This document shows, piece after piece, positions 25,639 through 37,813 of a DNA stretch of 54,375 nucleotides; position 1 is the first letter of the stretch, and the number at the start of each line of letters is the position of its first letter. Both the position numbers and the translations under genes were made by a program. Location: the sequence record DRR723986_6726; one strand, written 5' to 3'. Below the pieces are notes generated by a model. That model was not told the origin of the DNA, searched no databases, and saw only the letters and a list, made by a program, of their open reading frames with translations.

Positions 25639-28600
25639 TTACTTTGTACTGGGTGTCAGTGCTGCTAGCAAGTCGTCAACGGCACTAATACGCTGTTCGG
25701 GGCTTTCCACCTCTTCTTTGAAGCGCATAGCGTTAGCGCCATCAAGTTGGTAGCGCAGAGCATTTTTCTGCACCAATTGAACAATAGCCATTGGATCCAC
25801 CTGCGTGTCTTCGGCAAATTCCAGGCGACCCCCTCCCGCTGATGCCTCGATTTTGCGTATACCCAGTGCTTCTGCTTTGAGGCGGAGCTGGGCACAGCGG
25901 AACAGATTTTTACAAGCCTCGGGGAGCAGGCCAAAGCGGTCGATCATTTCCACCTGTAGCTCGCGCAGTGCGTTGTCGCTAGTAGCACTTGCAATGCGCT
26001 TGTAGAGCATTAAGCGTTCTTGCACATCGGGCAAATAATCGTCCGGGATCAGTGCAGGAATGCGCAGGTTTACCTCAGTGTGGTCAGCTTGGCTGTCTTC
26101 GAGGTTCACCGTTTTCCCGGCTTGAATGGCTTTTACGGCGCGGTCGAGCATTTCCATGTAAAGGCTAAAGCCGATGGAGTGTATTTGGCCGCTCTGGCCT
26201 TCGCCGAGCAACTCGCCGGCGCCGCGTATCTCCATGTCGTGCGTCGCAAGGGTAAAGCCAGCGCCGAGGTCGTCGGCCTCGCTAATGGCGGTCAGGCGCT
26301 TCTCGGCGTCGCGGCTGAGCTGCTTGGCCGGAGGCGTTAGCAGATAGGCATAGGCCTGGTGGTGAGAGCGTCCGACCCGGCCTCGCAGTTGGTGGAGTTG
26401 TGCCAGTCCGAATTTATCGGCGCGTTCAATGATTATCGTGTTGGCATTCGGGACATCGATACCTGTTTCAATAATGGTCGAGCACAGCAGGACATTGTGG
26501 CGCTTGTGGTAGAAGTCGCTCATTACTTGTTCAAGCTCGCGCTCGCGCATTTGTCCATGGCCAATACCGACACGTATTTCCGGTAGCATCGCCTCGAGTT
26601 CGCGCGCGGCTTTTTCAATGGTTTTGACTTCATTGTGCAGGTAATAAACCTGACCGCCACGCAGAATCTCTCGCAGTATCGCCTCTTTGATCAGCGCGTC
26701 GTCACGCTCGCGAACAAAGGTTTTTACCGATAAACGCCGCGCTGGAGGGGTGGCAATGATGGATAGATCGCGAATGCCCGACATCGACAAATTCAATGTT
26801 CGAGGGATCGGTGTCGCGGTCAGCGTCAGCACGTCGACTTCGGCGCGCAAATTTTTGAGGGCCTCTTTTTGACGAACACCGAAGCGGTGCTCTTCATCAA
26901 TGATGACCAGGCCGAGATTGGCATAGCGAATATCACTGCTGAGAAGTTTATGGGTGCCGATAAGAATATCGATCTTGCCGGCTTGCAAGTCGCTGATTAC
27001 TTGCTTTTGCTCGGCTGCTGAGCGAAAGCGCGATAGCACTTCAATTTTGACCGGCCAGTCTGCAAAGCGATCGCGGAAGGACTCGTAGTGTTGCTGGGCA
27101 AGCAGGGTGGTGGGCACCAGGATCGCGACCTGGGTGTTGTTTTCCACGGCAACAAACGCAGCGCGAACGGCGACCTCGGTTTTGCCAAAGCCCACATCGC
27201 CACATACCAGTCGGTCCATCGGTTGCTCGGAGCGCAAATCGCCCAGTACCGCATCGATCGCCAGCTGTTGATCTGGCGTTTCTTCGAAGGGGAAGTCATC
27301 CGCAAATTGCTGATAGTCGCCGCTCAATGAAAAGGCGCGGCCCTGTCGCGCCTCGCGCCGGGCATAAATATCGAGCAGCTCTGCTGCAACGTCGCGAATT
27401 TTTTCAGCGGCTTTGCGTTTGCTGCGACTCCACTGGTCGCTACCAAGTTTATGTAAAGGAGCCAGCTCTTCGTCGGCACCGCTGTAGCGACTTATCAGTT
27501 GCAGTGATGACACTGGCACGTACAGCTTGGCATTGTCGGCGTATTCCAGAGTCAGGAATTCATTGCTTTGCCCGTCTACATCGATGCTGTGTAGGCCGAG
27601 GTAGCGGCCCACCCCGTGATCGGCGTGGACAACGGGTGCGCCGATGCGCAGCTCTGCAAGGTTGCGGACTACCGCTTCGGCATTGTTGCTGGTGTTTTTG
27701 CGCCGCCGTCGGCTCTGTGAGACCCGGCGACCAAACAACTGCGGCTCGGCGACAACCGCGAAAGCCGTCGGCGCGCTGAACGCGAAACTCTCCTGTAGGG
27801 CGGCGGTAGTGATCGCCAAATCGCAGTCGGCGCTTTCAAAGGCCTGCCAGCTGTCGATCAGGATGGGGCGCAGATGGTGGCGCTGTAGCAGCTCTACGAG
27901 TGCCTCGCGCCGCCCCGCCGATTCTGCACACAGTAATATCCGCCGGTTTTCGCTGAATGCGCGCAGCGCCGCCACGGGGTCGTCGGCGCGGCTGTCGATG
28001 TCGAGGACGGGTAGGGATTCAGCGGCCAGGTTGTGTTCAGGGTCGCTGACGCCGTCTCGGCCCAGGCGCAGACGGGGGTAGTGTTTGATGCTGGCAAACA
28101 GGTCTGGCACCGGCAGGAATAGCTCCGCGGGGCTTAACACAGGGCGCTGGGTATCGCCGTTGCGCTGCTCGTAGCGTTGGTGAATGTCCTGCCAGTAGTG
28201 GTCTGCGGCGGCTTCTATGCCGTCGCAGCGCAGCAGCGTGACATTGTCCGGTAGATAGTCGAACAGGGTGCCGCAGCGTTCAAAAAATAATGGTAAGTAG
28301 TACTCAACGCCCGCCGGGGCAATACCGCTACTCACATCCTGATAAACCGGGCATTTGCGGTGGTCGACGTTGAAGCGCTCGTGCCAGCGCCGGCGAAATC
28401 CGGCAATGCCGTCGTCATCCAGCGGGAATTCCCGCCCCGGGAGTAGGTCGATAGACTCAACCTGTTCCAGGCTGCGCTGCGTTTCCGGGTCGAAGCTGCG
28501 CAGGCTGTCGATATCTTCATCGAGAAAGTCCAGGCGGTAGGGCAGGTCGCTACCCATGGGGAAAATATCCAACACGGCGCCGCGCAGCGCGTATTCGCCG

Positions 28601-29076
28601 TGCTGAAAGACGGTAGTGACGTTGTTATAACCGCCATTTTCTAATTCCAGCCGGAAGGCATTTAAGTCGATGGCTTGACCACGCTTCAGCGACAGGCTGT
28701 GACTGCCAAGGTATTCCGGTGGGGCGATGCGTTGCATGAGCGACGTGATTGGCACCACAACGACGCCGCGCGTCATCTGACGAATCTCAGTCAGGCAGCG
28801 CAGCCGCTCGGAAATAATATCCTCGTGCGGGGAGAAGGTGTCGTAGGGCAGGGTTTCCCAGTCGGGGAGCAGCTTGACGGGCAAGCCAGCGGCGAAAAAA
28901 TGCAGCTCTTGTTCAAGGCGGTAAGCACTTGCGGTATCCGGGGTGATCAACAGCAGGGGCTGCTCAATACGCGAAGCGAGTTCTGCGGTGACAAATGCCT
29001 GGCTGGCGGGGGTAACACTACCGAGATCAAGGCTTTGACGGTGGCTAAGAGAGAGCGTATTGGGAAGTTGTATCAC
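25639..29076 (-). CDS. mfd: Transcription-repair coupling factor Mfd
   Basis: LPDWETLPYD, PVVHADHGVGRY, CGDVGFGKTEVA, DEEHRFGV, TATPIPRTL, QLRGRVGRS; 1145 aa. Confidence 0.98.
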   Translation of the reverse strand: MIQLPNTLSLSHRQSLDLGSVTPASQAFVTAELASRIEQPLLLITPDTASAYRLEQELHFFAAGLPVKLLPDWETLPYDTFSPHEDIISERLRCLTEIRQMTRGVVVVPITSLMQRIAPPEYLGSHSLSLKRGQAIDLNAFRLELENGGYNNVTTVFQHGEYALRGAVLDIFPMGSDLPYRLDFLDEDIDSLRSFDPETQRSLEQVESIDLLPGREFPLDDDGIAGFRRRWHERFNVDHRKCPVYQDVSSGIAPAGVEYYLPLFFERCGTLFDYLPDNVTLLRCDGIEAAADHYWQDIHQRYEQRNGDTQRPVLSPAELFLPVPDLFASIKHYPRLRLGRDGVSDPEHNLAAESLPVLDIDSRADDPVAALRAFSENRRILLCAESAGRREALVELLQRHHLRPILIDSWQAFESADCDLAITTAALQESFAFSAPTAFAVVAEPQLFGRRVSQSRRRRKNTSNNAEAVVRNLAELRIGAPVVHADHGVGRYLGLHSIDVDGQSNEFLTLEYADNAKLYVPVSSLQLISRYSGADEELAPLHKLGSDQWSRSKRKAAEKIRDVAAELLDIYARREARQGRAFSLSGDYQQFADDFPFEETPDQQLAIDAVLGDLRSEQPMDRLVCGDVGFGKTEVAVRAAFVAVENNTQVAILVPTTLLAQQHYESFRDRFADWPVKIEVLSRFRSAAEQKQVISDLQAGKIDILIGTHKLLSSDIRYANLGLVIIDEEHRFGVRQKEALKNLRAEVDVLTLTATPIPRTLNLSMSGIRDLSIIATPPARRLSVKTFVRERDDALIKEAILREILRGGQVYYLHNEVKTIEKAARELEAMLPEIRVGIGHGQMRERELEQVMSDFYHKRHNVLLCSTIIETGIDVPNANTIIIERADKFGLAQLHQLRGRVGRSHHQAYAYLLTPPAKQLSRDAEKRLTAISEADDLGAGFTLATHDMEIRGAGELLGEGQSGQIHSIGFSLYMEMLDRAVKAIQAGKTVNLEDSQADHTEVNLRIPALIPDDYLPDVQERLMLYKRIASATSDNALRELQVEMIDRFGLLPEACKNLFRCAQLRLKAEALGIRKIEASAGGGRLEFAEDTQVDPMAIVQLVQKNALRYQLDGANAMRFKEEVESPEQRISAVDDLLAALTPSTK

Positions 29077-29206
29077 TGTGCTTATATTCGTCGGTGGACA
29101 GGGGCGGGCATTGTACCGCGTCGGCGCTTGCAGTCATAACCCCGACGATCACGGCAAATTTGCCAGGATTAGTACCGACATTGGTAGCAGTTGACAGTTG
29201 TGGAGG

Positions 29207-29235
29207 TTGATCTGGATGGCGTGAATAAAGATAAT
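29207..29235 (+). promoter_or_regulatory. Putative sigma70 promoter for the GAPDH gene
   Basis: TTGATC-N17-GATAAT, ending about 45 nt before the GTG start. Confidence 0.5.
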
Positions 29236-29278
29236 ACGCGCTCCTGAATTTTCCCCCCGACAGCAAAGGGTATCTGCC

Positions 29279-30745
29279 GTGACTGAGAGAAGACGAGAGC
29301 GTCCTGATGATTACTTCGCCGACTGGAAAGAGCGCGAAGCATTAGCCGAGGGAATGATCCCTCTGATTGGTAAGCTCTACCGCAGCAATAACGTCAAAAC
29401 CTATATCTACGGAAAGAATCTGGTCAACCTCTCGGTTCTGGATATTATGCAGGCGCATCGCTTTGTTCGTCAGGTTGAACAAAACGAGTTGTCTGAATTT
29501 GAAACCTTCCCCGTTATTCAAGCACTTGCTGGTTTGGATTTGGGCACGGCGCACATTGATGCCGGCCGTATTGCTGTTGCCTATGAAGAGCAAGGCAAGC
29601 CAGCAGGGCAGAGTGTCGACGAATTCGTTCGCAGCCAGGTTGCCGACCTGATCGGTGGCGTCAAAGAGCCTGCGCGCCCACCTCGCGATGTCGTTCTCTA
29701 CGGTTTTGGTCGCATCGGTCGCCTGATGGCCCGTCTCTTGGTAGAGAAAGCGGGCGGCGGTGACAACCTGCGTCTGCGCGCGGTTGTTGTTCGCCAGGGC
29801 GGTGCTGAAAACGATCTGGTTAAGCGTGCCTCATTGCTGCGCCGCGATTCGGTGCACGGCCCCTTTAATGGCACCATCCGCGTTGATGAAGAGCGTCAAT
29901 CTTTCGTGGCCAATGGCGTGGAAGTCAAAGTCATTTACGCCAACTCTCCTGAAGAAGTGGATTACACCCAATACGGTATTAACGATGCAATTCTGGTCGA
30001 TAACACCGGTAAATGGCGTGACCCCGAAGGCTTGGCGACACACCTGGCGCGCCCCGGCATCGCCAAAGTGATCTTAACGGCGCCTGGCAAAGGCGATATG
30101 AAGAATATCGTTGCCGGCGTTAACAATGCAGAAATTCTCGACAGCGACACCATTATTTCTGCTGCCAGCTGTACAACCAATGCTATCGCGCCACCACTTA
30201 AAGTGCTGGATGACCGCTTTGGTATTGAAAATGGTCACGTTGAGACGGTTCACTCGTACACCAATGACCAAAACTTGATTGACAACTATCACAAGGGTGA
30301 TCGTCGCGGCCGCAGCGCACCGCTGAACATGGTTATCTCTGAAACGGGCGCAGCGAAAGCTGTTGGTAAAGTGTTGCCGCAAATGCTCGGCAAGCTGACC
30401 GGTAACGCGATTCGTGTGCCTACCCCGAATGTGTCGCTGGCTATTTTGAAGCTGAACCTTAAAACGGAAACGACTGCCGATGAGTTGAACGAGTACATGC
30501 GCAAAGTGGCGCTGCACTCGCCGCTGCGTAAGCAGATCGACTACTCAAACTCACCCGAAGTGGTATCCAGTGATTTTGTCGGCTCTCGCCACGCCTGTAT
30601 TTTTGACAGCGAAGCCACCATCGTGAACGGCAAGAGCGCGATTTTGTACTGCTGGTACGACAACGAGTTTGGCTACAGCTGTCAGGTGCACCGTATTTTG
30701 GAGCAAATGGCAGGGGTTTCCTACGCGGTATATCCAGCCGAGTAA
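29279..30745 (+). CDS. gap: Glyceraldehyde-3-phosphate dehydrogenase, long type with ~135-aa N-terminal extension
   Basis: YGFGRIGR, SAASCTTNA (catalytic Cys), TVHSYTNDQ, RVPTPNVS, WYDNEFGYS. Confidence 0.95.
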   Translation: MTERRRERPDDYFADWKEREALAEGMIPLIGKLYRSNNVKTYIYGKNLVNLSVLDIMQAHRFVRQVEQNELSEFETFPVIQALAGLDLGTAHIDAGRIAVAYEEQGKPAGQSVDEFVRSQVADLIGGVKEPARPPRDVVLYGFGRIGRLMARLLVEKAGGGDNLRLRAVVVRQGGAENDLVKRASLLRRDSVHGPFNGTIRVDEERQSFVANGVEVKVIYANSPEEVDYTQYGINDAILVDNTGKWRDPEGLATHLARPGIAKVILTAPGKGDMKNIVAGVNNAEILDSDTIISAASCTTNAIAPPLKVLDDRFGIENGHVETVHSYTNDQNLIDNYHKGDRRGRSAPLNMVISETGAAKAVGKVLPQMLGKLTGNAIRVPTPNVSLAILKLNLKTETTADELNEYMRKVALHSPLRKQIDYSNSPEVVSSDFVGSRHACIFDSEATIVNGKSAILYCWYDNEFGYSCQVHRILEQMAGVSYAVYPAE

Positions 30746-30755
30746 GCAACGATAC

Positions 30756-30789
30756 GGCCAGCAGCGCACTTAGCGACGCTGGCCTTTTT
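30756..30789 (+). terminator. Rho-independent terminator after gap
   Basis: GGCCAGC...GCTGGCC stem with an inner CGC/GCG pair, followed by TTTTT. Confidence 0.78.
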
Positions 30790-30969
30790 GCATAGCGGTT
30801 CTGGCCGGTATCGCCAGTTTCGTCGTGACAGACTATGCCGTGAGTCTATATACTTGCGGCAATTTTTTGAGCTGGGTGACCGTGCTCACCCCGCCTCCCG
30901 GGCCAGCATCTGCTCGGAATCGCAGAATTTTTATTTTCGCGTTTAACCATAAGAGTGTCAGAGAGCCTT

Positions 30970-32310
30970 ATGATCAAAATCTCCAGGGGCCTGGATTTGC
31001 CCATATCCGGCGCACCCGAGCAGCGTATTGAGCCAGGACCCAAAGTCCGCTCGGTGGCTGTACTCGGGTTCGACTATGTTGGTATGAAGCCAACAATGGC
31101 GGTGAAAGTAGGGGACCGTGTAAAAACCGGCCAACTTCTTTTTACCGACAAAAAAACTGAAGGTGTACGTTACACCGCGCCGGCTACCGGTGTGGTGTCG
31201 GCCATCAACCGCGGCGAAAAGCGTGTGCTGCAGTCGGTCGTTATCGATGTTGAAGATGACGACTACGAAGCGTTCGCCAGCTATTCTGCCGAGCAGCTAA
31301 GCGGGCTGAGCAGAGACCAGGTTGCTGAAAACTTGCAGCAGTCAGGGCTTTGGACAGCACTGCGCACGCGGCCATTCAGTAAGGTGCCTGCGTTAGATGC
31401 CTCGCCAGCTGCGATTTTTGTTACGGCAATCGATACTCAGCCACTGTCTGGTGATCCACAATTAGTGATCGCAGAAGCAGAGCAGGACTTTGCTAACGGC
31501 CTTGAAGTGCTGAGCAAGCTCACCACTGGCAAAGTTCATCTTTGTGTCGCCACCGGTAGCCAAGCGCCGAGCATCAATAACAGTCAGCTGCAGGTCAGCG
31601 AATTTGCCGGTGCGCATCCGGCAGGTTTGGTGGGCACGCATATGCACTTCCTGGAAGGCGCTAGCCTCAGCAAGCAGCTGTGGCACGTTGGTTATCAGGA
31701 TGTGATTGCCTTCGGACGCTTGTTTACCACGGGTAAATTGCAAGCGGATCGCGTCGTCGCACTGGGCGGCCCGCAAGTTGAACAACCGCGACTGCTCAGA
31801 ACACGTCTGGGTGCGAGCTTGGAAGAGCTTTGTGCCGGTCAATTGAAAGCGGGCGAAAACCGATTGATTTCTGGTTCCGTACTCGGTGGTAGAACCGCGC
31901 GCGGCGCAATGGCGTATCTCGGCCGCTACCACAATCAGGTGAGTGTCCTTCTTGAAGGTGTGCAGCGCGATTTCATGGGTTGGCTATCGCCCGGTGCAAA
32001 CAAGCACTCGACCCTGCGTATTTACCTCAGCCAATTCCTGAAGAAGCGTCTGCCATATACCACCAATACCAATGGTAGCGAGCGCGCTATGGTGCCGGTC
32101 GGTGCTTACGAGCGGGTTATGCCCCTAGATATTTTGCCTACCCAGTTGTTGCGTGCCCTCATCGTAGGGGACACACAGATGGCGCAAGATTTGGGCTGCC
32201 TCGAACTGGACGAAGAAGATTTGGCGCTGTGTACCTACGTTTGCCCTGGCAAATATGAATACGGCCCGATTCTCCGTGACAATCTCAGCCGTATTGAGAA
32301 GGAGGGTTAA
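30970..32310 (+). CDS. nqrA: Na+-translocating NADH:quinone reductase subunit A
   Basis: [50 protein letters not shown]. Confidence 0.97.
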   Translation: MIKISRGLDLPISGAPEQRIEPGPKVRSVAVLGFDYVGMKPTMAVKVGDRVKTGQLLFTDKKTEGVRYTAPATGVVSAINRGEKRVLQSVVIDVEDDDYEAFASYSAEQLSGLSRDQVAENLQQSGLWTALRTRPFSKVPALDASPAAIFVTAIDTQPLSGDPQLVIAEAEQDFANGLEVLSKLTTGKVHLCVATGSQAPSINNSQLQVSEFAGAHPAGLVGTHMHFLEGASLSKQLWHVGYQDVIAFGRLFTTGKLQADRVVALGGPQVEQPRLLRTRLGASLEELCAGQLKAGENRLISGSVLGGRTARGAMAYLGRYHNQVSVLLEGVQRDFMGWLSPGANKHSTLRIYLSQFLKKRLPYTTNTNGSERAMVPVGAYERVMPLDILPTQLLRALIVGDTQMAQDLGCLELDEEDLALCTYVCPGKYEYGPILRDNLSRIEKEG

Positions 32311-32313
32311 ATC

Positions 32314-33510
32314 ATGGGTCTGCGAACTATTCTCGACGATCTGGAACCGCATTTTGAAAAAGGTGGCCGCTTTGAAAAGTGGTATGCCCTTTACGAAGCG
32401 GTTGACACTATTTTTTATTCGCCGGGTTCGGTAACAAAAACTACGGCCCATGTGCGCGACGGTGTCGATCTTAAGCGCATCATGATCACCGTGTGGTTCT
32501 GTGCGTTTCCCGCCATGTTCTACGGTATGTGGAATATCGGTTTCCAGGCCAACACCATCATGGCCGATATGGGTATCGCCGCTGGTGAAGGCTGGCGCCA
32601 TGCTTTGATCGGCATGTTTGCCGGTTACAACCCGGCCAGCGTGTGGGACAACTTCTGGCATGGCTTCTGGTACTTTATTCCGGTTTATGCCGTGACCTTT
32701 GCGGTCGGCGGTTTCTGGGAAGTACTGTTTGCCATGAAGCGCGGTCACGAGGTGAATGAAGGCTTCTTCGTTACCTCTATTTTGTTCGCACTGATTTGCC
32801 CCCCGTCAATTCCTCTTTGGCAGGTAGCCCTGGGTATCAGCTTCGGTGTGGTTGTTGGTAAGGAAGTATTCGGTGGTACCGGTAAAAACTTCCTTAACCC
32901 AGCGCTGACCGGTCGTGCCTTTTTGTTCTTCGCCTATCCTGCACAGCTTTCTGGCGATGCAGTGTGGACGGCGGTAGACGGTTACACCGGCGCGACGGCA
33001 TTGTCGGTTGTGGCCAGCGACGGTATGGCGGCACTGCAGGACAAACTGACATGGTTCGATGCGTTCAGCGGTAACATGCACGGCTCCATGGGTGAGGTAT
33101 CCACTATCGCGATCCTTATTGGCGGCGCTGTTCTGCTTTGGACGGGGATCGCTTCCTGGCGCATTGTACTGGGTGTATTCAGCGGCATGGTGGCGCTGTC
33201 GTTGCTGTTTAACGGTATCGAAAGTGATAACCCCATGATGGCTATGCCCTGGTATTGGCACTTCGTTTTGGGTGGTTTCGCCTTCGGTATGATCTTCATG
33301 GCCACCGACCCGGTTTCCTCAGCCATGACCAATACCGGCAAGTTCATTTTTGGTTTGCTGATCGGTTGTATGGTTGTCCTGATCCGCGTCGTTAACCCCG
33401 CCTTCCCAGAAGGTATGATGTTGGCAATTCTTTTCGCCAACCTGTTCGCACCACTGATTGACCATTTCGTGGTTCAAGCAAACATCAAACGGAGGTTGGC
33501 ACGTGGCTAA
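32314..33510 (+). CDS. nqrB: Na+-NQR subunit B
   Basis: [31 protein letters not shown] site [16 protein letters not shown]. Confidence 0.97.
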   Translation: MGLRTILDDLEPHFEKGGRFEKWYALYEAVDTIFYSPGSVTKTTAHVRDGVDLKRIMITVWFCAFPAMFYGMWNIGFQANTIMADMGIAAGEGWRHALIGMFAGYNPASVWDNFWHGFWYFIPVYAVTFAVGGFWEVLFAMKRGHEVNEGFFVTSILFALICPPSIPLWQVALGISFGVVVGKEVFGGTGKNFLNPALTGRAFLFFAYPAQLSGDAVWTAVDGYTGATALSVVASDGMAALQDKLTWFDAFSGNMHGSMGEVSTIAILIGGAVLLWTGIASWRIVLGVFSGMVALSLLFNGIESDNPMMAMPWYWHFVLGGFAFGMIFMATDPVSSAMTNTGKFIFGLLIGCMVVLIRVVNPAFPEGMMLAILFANLFAPLIDHFVVQANIKRRLARG

Positions 33511-34270
33511 TAACGACAGTATTCAAAAAACACTGCTGGTCGCGGTAACACTCTGTATCGTCTGTGCATTGTTCGTTTCCTCGGCGGCAGTCATGCTGAA
33601 ACCGGCTCAAGTTGCCAACAAAGCGGAAGACCGCAAGGCAAACATCCTCGCTGCTGCGGGCATGCTTGACCCAGAGAAAAGCATCGATGAGCAATTCGAG
33701 CGTGTGACTACGCGCATTGTTGACCTTAATACAGGCAAATTTACCGACCAATTTGATGTTGCAAGCTTCGAGCAAAGCAGCGTCGCTAAAGATCCGCAAA
33801 CTTCAGTGGATCTGGGTGGTGACGACATTGCCAAGATAAAGCGCCGCGAAAATTACGCGACGGTCTATCTTGTTGAGAGCAATGGCGAGCTGGACAAGAT
33901 CATTCTTCCGGTGCGCGGCGCTGGGTTGTGGTCAACACTTCACGGCTTTTTAGCATTGGAAAACGACCTCAATACCGTTGCCGGCTTGGGCTTCTTCGAG
34001 CACGGTGAAACACCGGGGCTTGGCGGCGAGGTTGATAACCCGAACTGGAAAGCGCTGTGGCCGGGTAAAAAGGTCTACGACGAAGGTGATGCAAAAATTC
34101 AGTTGATCAAGGGCAGTGTCGATGCCAACACGGCAGAAGCAGAGCACAAGGTTGACGGTTTGAGTGGAGCAACTTTGACCAGTCGCGGTGTAACCAATCT
34201 ACTGCAATTCTGGATGGGCGAGAATGGCTACAAGCCTTTCTTGAGCAACCTGCAGTCAGGGGAGGCCTAA
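33503..34270 (+). CDS. nqrC: Na+-NQR subunit C
   Basis: [20 protein letters not shown] site [19 protein letters not shown] before GTG 33503. Confidence 0.96.
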   Translation: MANNDSIQKTLLVAVTLCIVCALFVSSAAVMLKPAQVANKAEDRKANILAAAGMLDPEKSIDEQFERVTTRIVDLNTGKFTDQFDVASFEQSSVAKDPQTSVDLGGDDIAKIKRRENYATVYLVESNGELDKIILPVRGAGLWSTLHGFLALENDLNTVAGLGFFEHGETPGLGGEVDNPNWKALWPGKKVYDEGDAKIQLIKGSVDANTAEAEHKVDGLSGATLTSRGVTNLLQFWMGENGYKPFLSNLQSGEA

Positions 34271-34273
34271 GTA

Positions 34274-34939
34274 ATGGCAACGATGAAAGAGGCATTGACC
34301 TCACCCATATTTAAAAACAACCCAATAGCGCTGCAGATCCTCGGTATTTGTAGTGCCTTGGCGGTAACCTCAAGCATGAAGGTTACCCTGGTAATGTGTA
34401 TTTCTGTGATTTTCGTTACGGCGTTTTCCAACCTCGCCGTATCGATGATTCGCAACCACATCCCTGGCGCTATCCGTATCATCGTACAGATGGTTATTAT
34501 TGCCTCGTTGGTTATCGTGGTTGACCAGGTACTCAAGGCCTACGCCTATGCCATCAGTAAGCAGCTGTCGGTATTCGTTGGTTTGATCATCACCAACTGT
34601 ATCGTTATGGGGCGCGCTGAAGGCTTCGCAATGAAGAATCCACCGCTGGCGAGCTTTATCGATGGTATCGGTAACGGCTTGGGCTATAGCGTGGTGTTGT
34701 TCAGTGTGGCGTTCGTGCGTGAGCTGCTCGGTTCCGGAAGCCTGTTTGGTATCGAGATTCTCGCCACAATTAACAACGGCGGCTGGTATGTACCTAATGG
34801 CTTGCTGCTGCTGCCTCCCAGTGCATTCTTCTTGATCGGTTTCTTCATCTGGATCCTGCGTAGTGCAGACAAAGAGCAGGTAGAAGAGGAAGAATTTAAA
34901 ATCACTAAGAATACACGCAGCGTTAAGGAGGCCTTCTGA
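34274..34939 (+). CDS. nqrD: Na+-NQR subunit D
   Basis: [18 protein letters not shown] and [14 protein letters not shown]. Confidence 0.97.
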   Translation: MATMKEALTSPIFKNNPIALQILGICSALAVTSSMKVTLVMCISVIFVTAFSNLAVSMIRNHIPGAIRIIVQMVIIASLVIVVDQVLKAYAYAISKQLSVFVGLIITNCIVMGRAEGFAMKNPPLASFIDGIGNGLGYSVVLFSVAFVRELLGSGSLFGIEILATINNGGWYVPNGLLLLPPSAFFLIGFFIWILRSADKEQVEEEEFKITKNTRSVKEAF

Positions 34940-35547
34940 TGGAACACTATCTCAGCCTGTTCGTCAGGTCGGTGTTTATCGAGAATATGGCGCTGGCCTT
35001 CTTTCTTGGTATGTGTACCTTCTTGGCAATTTCAAAAAAAATCCAGGCCGCCATTGGCCTTGGTATTGCGGTAATTGTTGTACTGACACTTACTGTGCCG
35101 GTTAACAACCTGATTTATACCTATTTGTTGCGCGACGGCGCGCTGGCGTGGGCCGGCTTCCCGGATGTGGATCTCAGCTTCCTGGGCTTGTTGAGCTACA
35201 TCGGTGTTATCGCGGCTATCGTACAAATCATGGAGATGTTCCTGGACAAGTTCGTCCCGGCACTCTACAGCGCCCTGGGTGTATTCTTGCCGCTGATCAC
35301 GGTGAACTGCGCGATTATGGGTGGTTCACTGTTCATGGTAGAGCGTGATTACAACTTCACCGAGTCGGTAGTTTACGGCGCCGGTGCGGGAACCGGTTGG
35401 GCGCTGGCGATTACTGCTTTGGCGGGTATCCGCGAAAAGCTTAAGTACAGCGATGTTCCCGAAGGCCTCCGCGGTCTTGGTATCACCTTTATTACTGTCG
35501 GCTTGATGTCGTTGGGCTTTATGTCCTTCGGCGGCATCGATCTGTAA
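34939..35547 (+). CDS. nqrE: Na+-NQR subunit E
   Basis: [18 protein letters not shown] and [11 protein letters not shown]. Confidence 0.97.
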   Translation: MEHYLSLFVRSVFIENMALAFFLGMCTFLAISKKIQAAIGLGIAVIVVLTLTVPVNNLIYTYLLRDGALAWAGFPDVDLSFLGLLSYIGVIAAIVQIMEMFLDKFVPALYSALGVFLPLITVNCAIMGGSLFMVERDYNFTESVVYGAGAGTGWALAITALAGIREKLKYSDVPEGLRGLGITFITVGLMSLGFMSFGGIDL

Positions 35548-35574
35548 CCGAGAAGAAGAACTGGAGGCGTTTTA

Positions 35575-36798
35575 ATGAATACAGTGGTTATTCTCGGTGT
35601 AACGATGTTTACCGCGATCGTGTTGTCGCTGGTAGCCGTTATCCTGTTTGCTCGCGCGCGTTTGGTGAGCAGCGGTAATGTGACCATCGAGATAAATGGT
35701 GAAAAAACAATCAGCGTACCCGCTGGCGATAAGCTATTGGGTACGCTTTCGAATCAGGGCATCTTTTTGGCATCTGCCTGTGGTGGCGGCGGTAGCTGCG
35801 CGCAGTGTAAGTGCATTGTAAAAGATGGTGGCGGCTCCATGCTTGCTACTGAAGAGGCACACTTCAGCCCCCGTGAAGCTCGCGAAGGTTGGCGTTTGTC
35901 CTGTCAGACGCCCGTCAAGCAGGACATGGTTATTGAAGTGCCTGAAGATGTCTTTGGCGTTAAGCAGTGGGAATGTACGGTTGAGTCTAACCCCAACGTG
36001 GCTACCTTCATCAAAGAGCTGACGCTCAAGCTGCCCGAAGGTGAGAACGTAGACTTCCGCGCCGGTGGTTACGTGCAGTTGGAGTGTCCGCCTCACCACG
36101 TGAAGTACTCTGACTTTGATATCCCCGAAGAGTATCGCGGCGATTGGGAGCGTTTTGGCTTCTTTAATGTTGAGTCAAAAGTTGACGAGACCGTTGTGCG
36201 CGCTTACTCAATGGCCAACTATCCCGAAGAGAAGGGCATCGTTAAGTTCAATATTCGTGCAGCAACACCGCCGCCGAATAATCTTTCGCTGCCAGCTGGC
36301 CAGATGTCTTCCTGGGTATTCAGCCTGAAACCCGGTGACAAAGTTAAGGTGTACGGTCCCTTCGGTGAGTTCTTTGCTAAGGAAACTGAGGCAGAGATGG
36401 TGTTCATCGGTGGTGGTGCGGGTATGGCGCCAATGCGTTCGCATATCTTTGACCAGCTCAAGCGTTTGAATTCCAAGCGTAAGATCTCTTTCTGGTACGG
36501 CGCTCGCTCGTTGCGCGAGGCGTTCTACATGGACGAGTACGACAAGCTGGCGGAAGAAAACGACAACTTCGAGTGGCACTTGGCACTGTCTGACCCGCAG
36601 CCTGAAGACAATTGGGAAGGTTTGACGGGCTTCATTCACACTGTGTTGTACGAAAACTATCTGAAGGACCACGAGGCACCTGAAGATTGTGAGTTCTACA
36701 TGTGTGGACCCCCGATGATGAACGCGGCAGTGATTAAAATGCTCGAAGATTTGGGCGTAGAGCCGGAGAATATTCTTCTTGATGACTTCGGTGGTTAA
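35575..36798 (+). CDS. nqrF: Na+-NQR subunit F
   Basis: 2Fe-2S motif [12 protein letters not shown]...[32 protein letters not shown]. Confidence 0.98.
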   Translation: MNTVVILGVTMFTAIVLSLVAVILFARARLVSSGNVTIEINGEKTISVPAGDKLLGTLSNQGIFLASACGGGGSCAQCKCIVKDGGGSMLATEEAHFSPREAREGWRLSCQTPVKQDMVIEVPEDVFGVKQWECTVESNPNVATFIKELTLKLPEGENVDFRAGGYVQLECPPHHVKYSDFDIPEEYRGDWERFGFFNVESKVDETVVRAYSMANYPEEKGIVKFNIRAATPPPNNLSLPAGQMSSWVFSLKPGDKVKVYGPFGEFFAKETEAEMVFIGGGAGMAPMRSHIFDQLKRLNSKRKISFWYGARSLREAFYMDEYDKLAEENDNFEWHLALSDPQPEDNWEGLTGFIHTVLYENYLKDHEAPEDCEFYMCGPPMMNAAVIKMLEDLGVEPENILLDDFGG

Positions 36799-37810
36799 GC
36801 GATCTCTGTCCGTGGAAAAAGCAGCCTTAGTGCTGCTTTTTCTGTTTTTAAGTGCCTGTAGTCCGGCGCCAGAGGAAATTATCCAGTTCAGTGGCGAGAC
36901 GATGGGCACCACCTACCACGTCACGCTGCGAAACCCCGGTGATTTGCGCGCAGAGCGCTTGAAGCAACAGCTCGACTATCAGCTCGCGCACTTTAACCAA
37001 ATTGCGTCGACCTATATTGAAGACTCTGAGCTAAATCAGCTAAACCGCGCGCCCATCGGTGAGTGGCAACAGCTGAGTGAGCCGCTATATGCGATTCTAA
37101 CCATGGCATTGGAGGTGAGCTGGCTTAGCGGCGGGGCATTCGATATTACCGTGGCGCCGCTGGTGGACCTTTGGGGGTTCGGGCCGGTGAAGCGCGAGGG
37201 CCGTCCGAGTGATGATGCCCTGGCCGACGTGATGGATAGGGTGGGTTATACCCGCCTGCAGCTCGATATGCTTGAGCCAAAGCTGATGAAGTCTGCGGCA
37301 TTGAGCATGGATCTTTCAGCCATTGCCAAGGGCTATGGCGTCGACGCTGCCGCGATTTGGCTGACGTCGCTGGGTGTGAAAGACTACCTCGTTGAAATCG
37401 GCGGCGAAATGCGTGTAGCGGGGAAGAGCCCGCGCGGCGATGCTTGGCGCATCGGTGTTGAGAATCCGGCCGGCGGTGGCCCTCAGTTGGCGATAGCGCT
37501 GGGCGATATTGCGGTGGCGACCTCCGGTGACTACCGCAACTATTTCGAGCAGGATGGTGTGCGCTATTCTCATACTATTGACCCGCGCACTGGCAGGCCC
37601 ATCACTCACACGCTGGCGTCGGTGACGGTGCTTGATCCATCGTGCGCCTTCGCTGACGCGATGGCGACCGCGCTGTCCGTAATGGGTACGGAGCGTGCGC
37701 TGGCGCTTGCTGAAGCTCAGGATTTACCTGTGTATATTATTGAGAAAGGGGAAGAGGGCTTTGTCAGTCGTTACAGCTCGGCCTTTGCTCCCTATCTACC
37801 GAAGGAGTAA
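36791..37810 (+). CDS. apbE: FAD:protein FMN transferase ApbE (lipoprotein)
   Basis: Lipobox [42 protein letters not shown]. Exact start uncertain. Confidence 0.93.
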   Translation: MVKRSLSVEKAALVLLFLFLSACSPAPEEIIQFSGETMGTTYHVTLRNPGDLRAERLKQQLDYQLAHFNQIASTYIEDSELNQLNRAPIGEWQQLSEPLYAILTMALEVSWLSGGAFDITVAPLVDLWGFGPVKREGRPSDDALADVMDRVGYTRLQLDMLEPKLMKSAALSMDLSAIAKGYGVDAAAIWLTSLGVKDYLVEIGGEMRVAGKSPRGDAWRIGVENPAGGGPQLAIALGDIAVATSGDYRNYFEQDGVRYSHTIDPRTGRPITHTLASVTVLDPSCAFADAMATALSVMGTERALALAEAQDLPVYIIEKGEEGFVSRYSSAFAPYLPKE

Positions 37811-37813
37811 GTG

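Noticed and set aside
35034..35041. A8 run in nqrE, and N AAA AAG runs in topA and the MoxR gene, as slippage sites
   Set aside because: No stimulatory SD or hairpin and no sensible alternative product; frames are intact.
36208..36912. 234-aa ORF antisense to nqrF, and similar ones opposite nqrA, nqrB, gap, topA and msbA
   Set aside because: Long antisense frames are expected from the codon bias of highly expressed genes; no independent evidence.
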